A stretch of 64,000 nucleotides of DNA from Pseudomonadota bacterium (GTDB lineage: Bacteria > Pseudomonadota > Alphaproteobacteria > Rhodobacterales > Rhodobacteraceae): NCBI GenBank assembly GCA_039028555.1, contig JBCCHW010000001.1, positions 10,589 to 74,588 on the forward strand, given 5' to 3'. The translations under genes were made by a program, and so were the position numbers. Position 1 is the stretch's first letter. Each line of letters starts with the position of its first letter. A model generated the notes under the pieces. The model did not search any database. It was not told the DNA's origin and worked only from the letters and a program-made list of their open reading frames with translations. Of the stretch, positions 17,938 to 27,973 are shown in pieces.

Positions 17938-18864
17938 TCAGCCTGCATTCATTGCGGCGCGCACCTCCTGGGCATTAGGAATCGGGGCAACCGCACCGAT
18001 GCCCTCGACCGAAAGCGAAGCGGCCGTCACCGCGTAATGCCCTGCCGACACCGGATCTCCCCGGCGCAGCCATTCCGCCAGGAACGCCCCGTCAAAGCAA
18101 TCGCCCGCACCGCTGGCATCCACCGCGTCCGCCGGACGCGGGGGGATGTGGGTCATCGCTGCCTTTGTCGCAACCAGGGCACCCTGCGCGCCCAGGGTCA
18201 GGGCCACGGTATGCGGGCCGAGATCCATGTAAAACCGGGCGATATCCTCAGGGGCTTCCAGCCCGGTCAAATGGCGGGCATCTTCAAGCCCGGGCAGCGC
18301 GATATCAGCCCGGGTCATGGCGCCGTGGATCACCTCCCTTGCCTTTTCCAGTGGCCAAAGCTTGAGGCGCAGATTGGTGTCGTAGGAGACCGCACCGCCG
18401 GCCATGCGAGCGATCGTCATGGCTTCGTGCACCGCTGCCGCGGCACTGTCGCTGATCGCCTGGCTAATGCCCGAGACATGCAGCAAGCGGCAGGCGGCGA
18501 GAGCATCGCGCGGCAGATCCGCCGGTGTCATCAGACTGGCAGCCGACCCGGCGCGGCGATACTCGAAGGCATGACCTTGCGGGGTTTGCCGAATGAAATA
18601 GAGCCCTGTGGGGGCGGTCGGGACACGCGCGACAGCTTCGGCCCGAACCCCTTCATCTGCCCAGGCCGCCATGATCGCATCGCCAAAGCTGTCGTTGCCC
18701 AGACGCGTCAGCATGCCGGTCTTGGCCCCCTGGCGCCGGGCGGCTATGGCGACATTGGAAACATCGCCGCCGATCCCGCCCTGCCAATGACCATCGGGCA
18801 TTTCAGCGAACTCAAAGAGCGGCTCGCCCAGGCAAAGAATGTCGAGCAACGCTGGCGTGCTCAT
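17938..18864 (-). CDS. kdgK: PfkB-family sugar kinase (2-keto-3-deoxygluconate kinase-like)
   Basis: GGDVSNVAI, PTGLYF, SGISQAIS, YDTNLRLKLW and DASGAGDCF. Confidence 0.8.
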   Translation of the reverse strand: MSTPALLDILCLGEPLFEFAEMPDGHWQGGIGGDVSNVAIAARRQGAKTGMLTRLGNDSFGDAIMAAWADEGVRAEAVARVPTAPTGLYFIRQTPQGHAFEYRRAGSAASLMTPADLPRDALAACRLLHVSGISQAISDSAAAAVHEAMTIARMAGGAVSYDTNLRLKLWPLEKAREVIHGAMTRADIALPGLEDARHLTGLEAPEDIARFYMDLGPHTVALTLGAQGALVATKAAMTHIPPRPADAVDASGAGDCFDGAFLAEWLRRGDPVSAGHYAVTAASLSVEGIGAVAPIPNAQEVRAAMNAG

Positions 18865-19478
18865 TCCCGTGCCTCGCGCGCGATGGCGAGAAAACGCGCG
18901 GCATCGGCGCCGATCTGGGCTGCGGGTTTTCCCGGCGCAAAAAGCGCGGAGCCGATCCCGAGCCCGTTGGCGCCGGCCGCCAGAAACCCTGGGATATTCG
19001 CCTCGCTTACACCGCCCGTCACCATCAGGCAGGTCCCGTTCGGCAGCACGGCACGCAGCCCCTTGAGGACGGGAGGCGTGATCAGATCGCCGGGAAAAAG
19101 CTTGAGCATATCGGCTCCGGCGTCGAGTGCGGCAAACGCCTCGGACGGCGTCGCGACGCCTGGGCAGGCGGGAAGGCCGGCCTCACGCGATGCTGCGACC
19201 ACGGAGGCGGAAAAATTAGGGGCAACGATCCACTGCGCCCCGGCCTGAGCCGCCGGCGCAACATCCTCGGCTTTGAGCACGGTGCCTGCGGCGATGATGG
19301 CGTCGCCTCCATGACGCTCGCGTAGCAGGCGGAGGCTCAACAGCGGATCCGGGCTGTCGAGTGTCACTTCGAGAGCCTTGATCCCGGCATCGACGAGCGC
19401 ATCACTGACGGGTGCCGCCTCGTCGGGCGTGATACCGCGCAGCACAGCGACCACGGGGGCTGTTTCGAATAGATCCAT
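18861..19478 (-). CDS. KDPG/KDPGal aldolase (Eda/DgoA family)
   Basis: VAVLRG, EVTLDSP, AGTVL, PGVATPSEA, LKLFP and TGGV. Confidence 0.88.
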   Translation of the reverse strand: MDLFETAPVVAVLRGITPDEAAPVSDALVDAGIKALEVTLDSPDPLLSLRLLRERHGGDAIIAAGTVLKAEDVAPAAQAGAQWIVAPNFSASVVAASREAGLPACPGVATPSEAFAALDAGADMLKLFPGDLITPPVLKGLRAVLPNGTCLMVTGGVSEANIPGFLAAGANGLGIGSALFAPGKPAAQIGADAARFLAIAREARE

Positions 19479-19622
19479 CGGGCTCACTGAGATCTCCTGT
19501 TCACTTGGCGCATTGCCTCCGGCAAACGGCCCACGCAAAGGTACCAGAACACAGGCGAGATCATAGACGCAGTGCTGATGTGATTTGCAAAGCCATTGGC
19601 CAAAGACACCGCAGGCTTTTTC

Positions 19623-20711
19623 TTATCCCACGAAGGGGCACAGTTGGGGAATGACCCTTTGCAGCATATCAGGCGCCGCGGTTCGGTCCGGGCCACTGAT
19701 GATCGCGACGATGCGTGTCTCTTTAAGACTTTCGGGCCAGCCATCGAGCCGCTTCGGCGGGCTCAAAACGTGTCCGACGACATGAACGACACGCGGGCAT
19801 TCCGGATCATCGGCCATCTCGACAAGGCCTTTTAGCCGTAACAAGTCGGGCCCAAACGAAGTCTGTAGTGCTGAAATCGCCTCGCGAAGTGCATCAGGCT
19901 GAATGGCGCCGCTGGCCGCGAAACAATAGGCCGACGCCGTCTCGGCATGATTGTGGTCGTGGCCATCGTGATGGTGATGGTGATTATGATCGTGATCGTG
20001 ATCGTGATCGTGATCGTGATCGTGATGATGGTGAACCGGCGCATCGGAAAAGCGAAGCCATTCGCGAACATCCGGCGGCTTGCCTGCGGGATCGAACGCT
20101 GCGAGCGAAAAGAACTCCGCTGCCGTTACATCTGCGACATCCACGACCTTTGCATTCGGCGTCTGCCGGGCAATGACGGCCTTTAGTTCAGCGAGTTCCC
20201 GTTGAGAGGCCGGATCACGCGCCAGGTCACCTTTCGTCACCACAACCAAATCTGCGACGGCAACCTGCTTTTGCGCCTCTTCAAAGTTTTCCAGCGCGTG
20301 AGCGCCGCCGACGGCGTCGACCAGCGTTACAATGCCGTTCAGCGTGAAGCGCTCCAGCATTATCGCATCGGTCATGAAGACCTGAAGCAGCGGCAGCGGG
20401 TTTGCGACGCCGGTTGTCTCAATCACGATACGGTCGAATGCGGGCCCAATGCCGCGCGCTGCCTCATCGAGAAGTCTTAGAAGCGTTAGCCGGACATCGC
20501 CCGAGATTGTGCAGCACAAACATCCCACCGACATGGCGAAAGCACGCTCGTCAGCCTGGGTGACGAGCGCGCCATCGACACCGGCCTCGCCAAATTCATT
20601 GACGACCACGGCAGTGTCGCCAAAGCCCGGCTCGGCGATAAGCCGGTTCAGCAGGGTCGTCTTTCCAGCGCCCAGAAACCCCGTCAGCACGGTTACGGGA
20701 ATCCGCGTCAA
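19623..20711 (-). CDS. COG0523/CobW-family metallochaperone GTPase with His-rich insert
   Basis: [28 protein letters not shown] (CxCC), IETTG, His-Asp tract and LLRLKG. TTG start overlaps the upstream stop. Confidence 0.93.
   Translation of the reverse strand: MTRIPVTVLTGFLGAGKTTLLNRLIAEPGFGDTAVVVNEFGEAGVDGALVTQADERAFAMSVGCLCCTISGDVRLTLLRLLDEAARGIGPAFDRIVIETTGVANPLPLLQVFMTDAIMLERFTLNGIVTLVDAVGGAHALENFEEAQKQVAVADLVVVTKGDLARDPASQRELAELKAVIARQTPNAKVVDVADVTAAEFFSLAAFDPAGKPPDVREWLRFSDAPVHHHHDHDHDHDHDHDHNHHHHHDGHDHNHAETASAYCFAASGAIQPDALREAISALQTSFGPDLLRLKGLVEMADDPECPRVVHVVGHVLSPPKRLDGWPESLKETRIVAIISGPDRTAAPDMLQRVIPQLCPFVG
19987..20026. repeat. In-frame hexanucleotide microsatellite (TGATCG)6+ encoding (Asp-His)n
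   Basis: Six perfect TGATCG copies plus TGAT inside the His-rich linker. Confidence 0.95.
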
Positions 20712-20998
20712 CGGCCCGCCTCCGACAAGGCGTTCGGGTGGTCCTGTCCCCAAACATGGCGTGCATCCTCGGCAATCAACCTGTCTTGAAGCCGGTCGAG
20801 TTCGGCAAGCGCGCAGGACTCATCGCGCGTCTGTGCAAAGGCACGGCGAAAGGCGCGCTGGGCCGAGCGCGGGCGCCATGGCAGAACAGCTTGCGCCAGC
20901 CACACCCGCAGTGCCTGGGGCAGGCGATCATAGTCGCGCATCGGGTCCTCGTTGCGCCGTTTGCGCTTGAGGCTTGTCTGGCCGCGATTGCCGCGCAT
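20708..20998 (-). CDS. Small basic protein (DUF6525-like)
   Basis: [37 protein letters not shown]...VWG..HP; translationally coupled on both sides. Confidence 0.75.
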   Translation of the reverse strand: MRGNRGQTSLKRKRRNEDPMRDYDRLPQALRVWLAQAVLPWRPRSAQRAFRRAFAQTRDESCALAELDRLQDRLIAEDARHVWGQDHPNALSEAGR

Positions 20999-21636
20999 CA
21001 GCAGAGCTCCTCGTCAGGGTCGCAGATCGGGTCGATGACCAGAACCAGCCGAACCTCGCCGGTCCCCGCGATCGGTGGGGAACGATGCGACAGGCCGGCC
21101 GGTGGCGTGCCAGGCCAGAGCTTGCCGCGCAGCAGCACTGGCGCGCCGGTCGGAACCGTGAATATCTCCGACGGCGCGTTCTCGTCCGCCGAGAAGCCGA
21201 GTTGAGTCCCCGTGCCGCGATAAGTGCAGATGAGCCGTGCGACAACCGGGTCGATATGGAATCTGCGGCAGGCATCGGTGTTGATCACATCGAGGCGCAG
21301 CCGCAGAAAAGGTGCCGGCACAAGCTCGTTGAACCGGACCGCCAGCGATCGGATATCCTCGATCAACCAGGCGCTGTGGGGGCAATAGGCCACGTCATAC
21401 GCGTCAAAAAGATCTGCAATTGCGGGACCTATATCACCGGGTGCCAGAATCAACCGCGCCTTTGGCAGATCTGCCGGGTGAACAGCGTCGATCCAGCGTT
21501 GGAATGCCGGCTCTGGTGACCGTTGCAGGATCGCGGCGGCGCAGGCCGGCTCGCCGATAGATGAAAGACCCTCAAGTGTCTCGGTGACAGTCGCGCCGAT
21601 AGCGGCATCCTGCACCACGTTTCGGACAATGCTCAT
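20998..21636 (-). CDS. DUF1826 family protein
   Basis: CRRFHID, RLICTYRGTGT, LLRGKLW, HRSPPIAGTGE.RLVLVID; a family commonly linked to COG0523. Confidence 0.9.
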   Translation of the reverse strand: MSIVRNVVQDAAIGATVTETLEGLSSIGEPACAAAILQRSPEPAFQRWIDAVHPADLPKARLILAPGDIGPAIADLFDAYDVAYCPHSAWLIEDIRSLAVRFNELVPAPFLRLRLDVINTDACRRFHIDPVVARLICTYRGTGTQLGFSADENAPSEIFTVPTGAPVLLRGKLWPGTPPAGLSHRSPPIAGTGEVRLVLVIDPICDPDEELC

Positions 21637-21673
21637 GAGACCGCCTCTATCTCCTGATCCAGAGCGGGATCTG

Positions 21674-21696
21674 TAAATGTTATACTGTAACGATTC
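21674..21696. promoter_or_regulatory. Zur box
   Basis: TAAATGTTATA-C-TGTAACGATTC resembles the consensus GAAATGTTATA-N-TATAACATTTC and lies about 40 bp upstream of the DUF1826-COG0523 operon. Confidence 0.85.
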
Positions 21697-21794
21697 AATC
21701 CAAAAACGATTGATTGCCCCAGCTGCGCACCGTCAGCTGACGCTCCGGGATTAATGCTGTCATTTTTACCAAACCTGTGCAGGGTTCGGAGGCA

Positions 21795-22394
21795 ATGCTC
21801 GAAATTTCAAACTTGCGCTCGGCTTTGATCGGGCCGATCTCGCTGGTAGTCGGGGCAGGAGAATGCGTCGCGATTGAGGGGATGTCCGGCGCGGGCAAGT
21901 CGCTGTTCGTAAGGGCCATCGCCGATCTCGACCCAAATGAGGGATCCATCATTCTGAACGGAGATCCGCGCGACAAGATGGACGCCGATCGCTGGCGCAG
22001 CCGTGTTGCGCTGTTGCCCGCTGAAAGCGGCTGGTGGTCCGATCATGTGCGCGACCACTTTCACGACGGCACGCGGACACAGGCGCTGTTGCATGCGGTG
22101 GGTCTGGGACAAGCTTTGGACTGGGGTGTCGACAGGCTGTCAACGGGCGAGCGGCAACGGCTGGCACTGGTGCGGGCCCTGGCCCGTTCCCCGGAGGTTC
22201 TGTTGCTGGACGAGCCAACCGCCGCCTTGGATAGCGCATCAATCGCCTCGGTCGATGCACTCCTCGGCGGGGAACTCGAACGCGGCGTTGCTATGATCCT
22301 GGTTACGCATGATTCCGATCAGGCGAGACGTTTTGCACGCCGCCGCTATCGCATGGCGGATGGCCGCCTCAGCCCAGTGACGGAACCGGGATGA
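21795..22394 (+). CDS. ABC transporter ATP-binding protein (FetA/YbbL-like)
   Basis: Walker A GMSGAGKS, LSTGERQR, LLLDEPT and VTHD; coupled to a FetB-like permease. Confidence 0.85.
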   Translation: MLEISNLRSALIGPISLVVGAGECVAIEGMSGAGKSLFVRAIADLDPNEGSIILNGDPRDKMDADRWRSRVALLPAESGWWSDHVRDHFHDGTRTQALLHAVGLGQALDWGVDRLSTGERQRLALVRALARSPEVLLLDEPTAALDSASIASVDALLGGELERGVAMILVTHDSDQARRFARRRYRMADGRLSPVTEPG

Positions 22395-23200
22395 CCGAGG
22401 GATACATCAGCCTCTCGGCCTGGGATATCGTCCTCGCCGCAGTCTTTCTCTGCGTGAACGCGGGACTGTCGGTGATGCTCCGCCTTCGTCTCGAACGGCA
22501 GTTGGCGATCGCGGCTGCGCGCATGGTCGTACAATTGCTGATGATCGGATTGGTTCTAAAGACGATCTTTGCCCTGGCGTCCCCTGGCGTCACGGCCCTT
22601 GCTGCCATCGCCATGTGCCTGTTTGCCGCGCGCGAGATCCGCGCCAGGCAAGCGCGGCATCTAACGGGGATCTGGGGATACGGGCTGGGCGGTAGTGCCA
22701 TGATGCTGGCCGGCAGCCTGGTGACCGTCTTTGGCCTGACCGCGCAAATCCAGCCCAGCCCCTGGTGGACGCCTCAAATCGCCCTGCCCCTCTTCGGCAT
22801 GATCCTGGGCAACACAATGACGGGCGTCAGCCTCGGGCTCGACTCGCTCCACATGTCGGCACACCGCGAGCGGCGCGCGATTGAGGCGCAACTGCTCGTG
22901 GGGCGGCGCTATCTGACCGCGATGTTGCCGGTGCTGCGTCAGGCGCTGCGCAGTGGCTTTACCCCCATCATCAATTCGATGGCTGCGACGGGCGTGGTCT
23001 CGCTGCCCGGAATGATGACGGGGCAAATCCTGGCCGGGGTCGATCCGCAAGAGGCCGTGAAGTACCAGATCATGGTATTGTTCCTAATCGGCGGCTCCAC
23101 GGGGCTGGGTGTCCTGGCCGCCGTGCTGGCAAGTGCATGGCGTCTGACGGATGAACGCCAGCGCCTCAGACTCGACCGGCTCAGCGGGCCGGTTACTTAA
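22391..23200 (+). CDS. UPF0014 ABC permease (FetB/YbbM-like)
   Basis: RMVVQL, GMILGNTM, GVVSLPGMMTGQILAG.DP.EAVKYQI. Confidence 0.92.
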   Translation: MTEGYISLSAWDIVLAAVFLCVNAGLSVMLRLRLERQLAIAAARMVVQLLMIGLVLKTIFALASPGVTALAAIAMCLFAAREIRARQARHLTGIWGYGLGGSAMMLAGSLVTVFGLTAQIQPSPWWTPQIALPLFGMILGNTMTGVSLGLDSLHMSAHRERRAIEAQLLVGRRYLTAMLPVLRQALRSGFTPIINSMAATGVVSLPGMMTGQILAGVDPQEAVKYQIMVLFLIGGSTGLGVLAAVLASAWRLTDERQRLRLDRLSGPVT

Positions 23201-23263
23201 CGCCTTTGCCGAACCCTCATGTCTGCTTGACTGAAAGTCAATTGTGGCCGATGGAGCGCAAGG

Positions 23264-24346
23264 ATGAAACTGTTCTTCTATTTCCAAGACCTCTCGGGCA
23301 CCGGACCGGTTTGGCTGAATGTATTCTGGGCCCATTTGCGGGCCTTCTCCGAGTCGGTGACGGTGGAACAACTGGTTGCGCCTGCCACGATACCGGGCGC
23401 GAGTAAGAGCCTGGCGGGACGGGTATCGCGCTACCGACAGGCGCGTGACCATGGGCCGAAGCTTTGCGAGCAGGTTCGCCGCAGCCTCGACCCGAACGGT
23501 CCCAATATCCTGATTGTCTATGCGCTGAACGGAGAGGATATCCGCCGGTCAGCGTTGCTTCACCCGGTTTGGTCGGCATTCGATTTTACGATCCTCTCGA
23601 TCACGGATGCCTGTTTCCCGGACGAGACAAAGCAAAAGCACCTGTCGCGCTTTGACCGCATCGCGTGCTTTTGCAAGGATATGGGCGACATGTTCGAGGC
23701 GATGTCCGGGGTGCGCAGCATTTACTGGCCTGCCCATACGGATGTCTTGAATCATCATAGCGCCAGCGAATTCCGCCCGATCGATCTGTTGCTTGTTGGA
23801 CGGCGCGATCAAGGCATGGTTGCGCCGTTGCACGATCACTTCAACACGCCCGGGCGCGACCGCTTGTTCCTGGATTTTGTGACCCGAACGCAGGGCACGC
23901 CATCGGTGCGCGACGAGTTTCGCTTACTGATGTCGACCCATCAGAAAGCGGCAGCATCGCTTTGCTTTGAGGCGAGCGATCGCGGGCGTTATCGCGGCTG
24001 TTCGCCCCTGATGGGGAGATGGGTGCATGGCTGGTCGTCGGGCTGCACGATTCTGGGTCGGCGTCCGGCTGGCACGGCAGTGCGCGAGCAGATGGACTGG
24101 CCGGAATCCGCCCTGGATCTGCCCGAGACACCCGCGGATGCCATTGCCTTTGTCGAACAGGTTTTGTCTGATCCCGTGGGGCTCGCACGCCGCCGCCGCC
24201 GCAATGTGATCGAAGCGCTTCGGCGGCATGATACACGCTACCGTCTGCGCGATCTGCTGACAGATCTGGGTGTTCAGGTGCCAGATTCGCTGGTCGCGGG
24301 TCTCGATTCGCTTGCAAACTGTGCGACGGCGGTGTCTGAGACGTGA
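23264..24346 (+). CDS. Putative glycosyltransferase (GT-B-like)
   Basis: RPIDLLLVGRR, RW..G..SGC.ILG.RP and RNVIEALRRHD..YRL C-terminal pattern; upstream of sugar-modification genes. Confidence 0.6.
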   Translation: MKLFFYFQDLSGTGPVWLNVFWAHLRAFSESVTVEQLVAPATIPGASKSLAGRVSRYRQARDHGPKLCEQVRRSLDPNGPNILIVYALNGEDIRRSALLHPVWSAFDFTILSITDACFPDETKQKHLSRFDRIACFCKDMGDMFEAMSGVRSIYWPAHTDVLNHHSASEFRPIDLLLVGRRDQGMVAPLHDHFNTPGRDRLFLDFVTRTQGTPSVRDEFRLLMSTHQKAAASLCFEASDRGRYRGCSPLMGRWVHGWSSGCTILGRRPAGTAVREQMDWPESALDLPETPADAIAFVEQVLSDPVGLARRRRRNVIEALRRHDTRYRLRDLLTDLGVQVPDSLVAGLDSLANCATAVSET

Positions 24347-24412
24347 ACTAATGGGCGAAATCGTCAGGAACTGTTTATACTTCCGACAGCAGTCCAATGG
24401 TTGCCAATACGA

Positions 24413-25600
24413 ATGAACAAGGTGGGAAGTTTGACGAAGGCAAATAAGGGGCCGCGCACAGACGCCCTGACACCAGTGTTTTCAAATTCAGTCGGTGCCG
24501 AGGAACTCGCGCGGGTCGCTGATGTGTTCCAGTCCGGCTGGCTTGGCAAAGGGCAGGAGTGCGATGCCTTTGAGGCAGAGTTCGCCGCGATGCTCGATGC
24601 GCCGCAATCGTTGCTGTTTAACTGTTGTACTTCGGCGATCTTCATCTCGCTCCGCGCGCTCGGGATCGGAAAGGGTGACGAGGTCATCATCAGCACGGTC
24701 AATTTCGTTGCCTGTGCCAGCGCCGTGATCGACTGTGGTGCGGTTCCGGTCTTTGCCGATGTCGATCCGCACAGTTTGAACATACTGCCCGCCGAGGTTG
24801 CGCGGCTGCGGACGCCGCGCACCCGTGCCGTGATCATTCTGCATTACGGAGGCCATCCCAGCGATATGGAAGGCCTGCGCGACGTGTGCGGCGACAAGAT
24901 CATGATTATCGAGGACAGTGCCAATTCCGTCTCTTCCTCCTACCGTGGCGAGATGTGCGGGACTCTGGGCGAGGCGGGATTCTTCAGCTTTGACGCAATG
25001 AAAATCCTGGTGATGGGCGATGGCGGCGCCCTTGTGATGAGGGACCAAGAGGCGCATCGCCGCGCCACGTCGCTGCGCTATTTGGGCTACCCCGACCGGA
25101 CGAGTTCGGGCATGGCAGCCATGTCATCGAAATCCGCGAAACGATGGTGGGAGTACGAGGTGCAAGCCGTGTCGGGCCGTTACATCTCAAATGACATCAT
25201 GGCCGCAATCGGTCGGGTTCAACTGAAAAAGCTCCCGAGCTTTATCCTGCGCCGGCGCGCAATCTGGCAGCTCTATCAAGAAGCCCTTGCCGATATTGCG
25301 CCGCTCACCCGGCCGCCGGAACCATTGGAGGGCTGTTCAAGTTCCTATTATCTCTACTGGATCCAGATCCCGAGCCTGCGCGACGAGTTGGCGGCCTATT
25401 TGGCCGAGAACGGTGTCTATACCACCTTTCGCTACTTTCCGCTGCACAAGGTGTCCTTCTTTGCCGATGGAAACCATCTGCCAAACGCCGAGGCGGTGAA
25501 TGAGACGACACTGAACCTGCCGATCCACCAGAATCTGACCGATGACGAGGTGCTATGGATCGCGGATCTTGTCGCTTCCTTTGTCGCGACCCGCCTTTGA
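24413..25600 (+). CDS. DegT/DnrJ/EryC1/StrS NDP-sugar aminotransferase
   Basis: SGWLGKG, GDEVI, PVFADVD, HYGG, IIEDSA, FSFDAMK (PLP Lys) and LPIH. Start codon uncertain. Confidence 0.93.
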   Translation: MNKVGSLTKANKGPRTDALTPVFSNSVGAEELARVADVFQSGWLGKGQECDAFEAEFAAMLDAPQSLLFNCCTSAIFISLRALGIGKGDEVIISTVNFVACASAVIDCGAVPVFADVDPHSLNILPAEVARLRTPRTRAVIILHYGGHPSDMEGLRDVCGDKIMIIEDSANSVSSSYRGEMCGTLGEAGFFSFDAMKILVMGDGGALVMRDQEAHRRATSLRYLGYPDRTSSGMAAMSSKSAKRWWEYEVQAVSGRYISNDIMAAIGRVQLKKLPSFILRRRAIWQLYQEALADIAPLTRPPEPLEGCSSSYYLYWIQIPSLRDELAAYLAENGVYTTFRYFPLHKVSFFADGNHLPNAEAVNETTLNLPIHQNLTDDEVLWIADLVASFVATRL

Positions 25601-25616
25601 CGCGGTAGAGGGCAGC

Positions 25617-26264
25617 ATGCTCGAAAACGCCCCGCAAAAGCTGATTGTCCTGGGCGCGAGGAGCCAGGCGCCGGTCCTCGCCGACTGGGTCGATGAACTC
25701 CCTGGCTATGAAATCACCCATTTTGTCGAGAACCAAGACCGCACCAGATGCGGCGGCGCGATCCTCGGGCGCCCGATCATCTGGGTCGACGAGGTCCGCT
25801 CGATGGTGAAGAGTCACAGCGGGTTTGCCGCGTTTGGCTCACCCGAGCGCGACGGGCTGGTCAAGGCGGTCGCGGCCTTTGGCCTGAGTTTCGCGACACC
25901 GGTTCATCCCTCGTCCGTTCTGTCGCAAAGCTGCACGTTGGGGGAGGGTAGCATCGTCAGCCCGGCGGTGGTGATTTCGGCCTTTACCAGCATTGGCCGC
26001 CATGTGCTGGTCAATCGCGGCGCGCTGATCGGCCATAACGTGACCGTCGGCGATTACGGAACCATCGGACCGGGCAGCAATATCGCAGGCTTCTGCGAGA
26101 TCGGGCCCAAAACCTATATAGGAATGGGGGCGACAATCCTCGACCAGGTCAAGGTGGGCGCCAATTGCGTTATCGGGGCGGGCTCGGTCGTTACCCGCGA
26201 TGTTCCGGATGGACAGACCGCCTATGGTGTCCCGGCCCGCATTGTTTCGGCGAGCAACACCTGA
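25617..26264 (+). CDS. Hexapeptide-repeat sugar acetyltransferase (NeuD/PglD-like)
   Basis: VHPSSVL, left-handed beta-helix repeats, IGHN and GAGSVVTRDVP...YGVPAR. Confidence 0.9.
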   Translation: MLENAPQKLIVLGARSQAPVLADWVDELPGYEITHFVENQDRTRCGGAILGRPIIWVDEVRSMVKSHSGFAAFGSPERDGLVKAVAAFGLSFATPVHPSSVLSQSCTLGEGSIVSPAVVISAFTSIGRHVLVNRGALIGHNVTVGDYGTIGPGSNIAGFCEIGPKTYIGMGATILDQVKVGANCVIGAGSVVTRDVPDGQTAYGVPARIVSASNT

Positions 26265-26355
26265 CCATCTGAGCATTTGCGGCGTGCCAAGCGCGGACCA
26301 AAGGCTTGCTCCCTAACACGGTCATCGGCAGACTGGCGCTGAAAGGGGCTGCGTC

Positions 26356-27909
26356 ATGGCCAAGATCACAAGAAGGGACCTCGCAATCGGCGCCACCGCA
26401 ATCGGGCTGGGTATGCTGACGCGCCAGTCGGCCGGCGCCGCGACGCAGCCGGCCCTGCCAATCCCGCCCGAATTGCGCGCCGATGCCACTGGTTCGATCC
26501 CGCTGAGGGTTCAAAGTGGCCAAATACAGGTCCTGCCCGGCAAGAGCACGCCCAGCTATGGCATCAATGGCCCCTTTCTGGGCCCTGCCCTGCGTGTGCG
26601 GCGCGGAGAGCGGGTAACCATGCGCGTGCAGAACCGGCTCGCCGAGCCCACGACCATGCATTGGCATGGGCTCAAGATTCCGGGTGCTGTCGATGGCAGT
26701 CCCTATAGCATCATCCAACCGGGCAAGCGCTGGGATGCCGCGCTATCGATCGACCAGCCCGCCGCCACCTGCTGGTTCCACCCGCACTATTATCCGACGA
26801 CTGCCGAGCAGGTGATCAAAGGCATTGCCGGGCTGTTCCTGATTGACGATGACGAGTCGGATGCGCTGGGCCTGCCGTCGCGTTGGGGCATCGACGATAT
26901 TCCGCTGATCCTGCAGGACCGGCGGTTCAATGTGGATGGCAGCTTTTTCCACCGGTTCAATCTTGCGGCCGTCACCACGGGTTATGTTGGTGACACGATG
27001 CTGATAAACGGTGCCGTCTACCCAAAGGCGAAGACCGCGCAGGGTTGGCTGCGTCTGCGGCTTCTCAACGGGTCCAATGCGCGCGCTTATCGCCTTGCAC
27101 TCTCTGACGGGCGCCCGTTCCATGTGATCGCCAGTGATGGCGGCCTGTTGGCGGAACCTGCGACGCTGACGGAACTGATGCTCTTTTCGGGGGAGCGTTA
27201 TGAGATCATGGTAGATGCCCGAGACGGTCGCGCCTTTGATCTGGTGACCCGCCCGGTGACGCAGATGGCAATGAACCTGCCGCCCTTTGATCGGGAGTTG
27301 CCGCTTGTCTCGATCAATCCCGAGGGTGCCGAAGGTGCGGGAAAGCTGCCAGACAGCCTGGTAAAGGTTCCGCCGCTGGTCCAGGGCTTGCCCCCTGTCA
27401 GCCAGGATTTGGTGATGCAGATGAACATGGACAACGCAGGGATGGGTGCGTTCGCCAAAGCCGGGCTGATGAAGATGCAGATGTCCGGAAAATCGGATCC
27501 TGCGGTAATCGCGGCCGTCAACAAGCTGATCGTCGAGGGGCCGGCGCTCCCGCTTGATCAACAGCTCAAGGCCAACGCCATCAACGGGGCGCCGTTCGAG
27601 ATGGGCGACGTGCCGTTTAGTGCGCCAATCCACACCGATCTGCGATGGCGGATCTCTGAGGGGTCGGACAGGATGCTGCATCCTGTCCACATTCATGGCT
27701 GCCAGTTCCGGATTCTCAAGCTCGACGGCAAAGCGCCACCTTCCCATATGGCGGGGTGGAAGGATATCGCACCCATCAGCAAGGGCGGCAGCGCCGAGAT
27801 TCAGATCCGCTTTGATCATCCGGCCGAGCAGACTGCCCCCTTCATGGCGCATTGCCACATCCTCGAGCACGAGGATTCCGGCATGATGACCAATTTCTCG
27901 GTAGGTTGA
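26356..27909 (+). CDS. Multicopper oxidase, CueO-like, Tat-exported
   Basis: Tat signal ITRRDLA; copper motifs HWHG, WFHPH, HPVHIHG and HCHILEHEDSGMM; Met-rich segment. Confidence 0.92.
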   Translation: MAKITRRDLAIGATAIGLGMLTRQSAGAATQPALPIPPELRADATGSIPLRVQSGQIQVLPGKSTPSYGINGPFLGPALRVRRGERVTMRVQNRLAEPTTMHWHGLKIPGAVDGSPYSIIQPGKRWDAALSIDQPAATCWFHPHYYPTTAEQVIKGIAGLFLIDDDESDALGLPSRWGIDDIPLILQDRRFNVDGSFFHRFNLAAVTTGYVGDTMLINGAVYPKAKTAQGWLRLRLLNGSNARAYRLALSDGRPFHVIASDGGLLAEPATLTELMLFSGERYEIMVDARDGRAFDLVTRPVTQMAMNLPPFDRELPLVSINPEGAEGAGKLPDSLVKVPPLVQGLPPVSQDLVMQMNMDNAGMGAFAKAGLMKMQMSGKSDPAVIAAVNKLIVEGPALPLDQQLKANAINGAPFEMGDVPFSAPIHTDLRWRISEGSDRMLHPVHIHGCQFRILKLDGKAPPSHMAGWKDIAPISKGGSAEIQIRFDHPAEQTAPFMAHCHILEHEDSGMMTNFSVG

Positions 27910-27973
27910 CCGGCAACGAAGGGTGAGCCGTTGCCTTGGTCATGGCGCTGATAAACAGCCCATCCGCGAAACT

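Noticed and set aside
17659-19248. 529 aa plus-strand ORF (and similar long ORFs at 7305-8732, 27923-29248, 26743-27870, 43030-44127, 62054-63196)
   Set aside because: Antisense shadows of well-supported genes, which are common in high-GC DNA. They show no motifs or RBS.
19947-20033. Short tandem repeat as a CRISPR array or regulatory repeat; ORFs reading ITITIT, DRDRDR or IVIVIV
   Set aside because: A 6-bp unit with no spacers, fully explained by the His-Asp tract of the COG0523 protein. The other frames are shadows.
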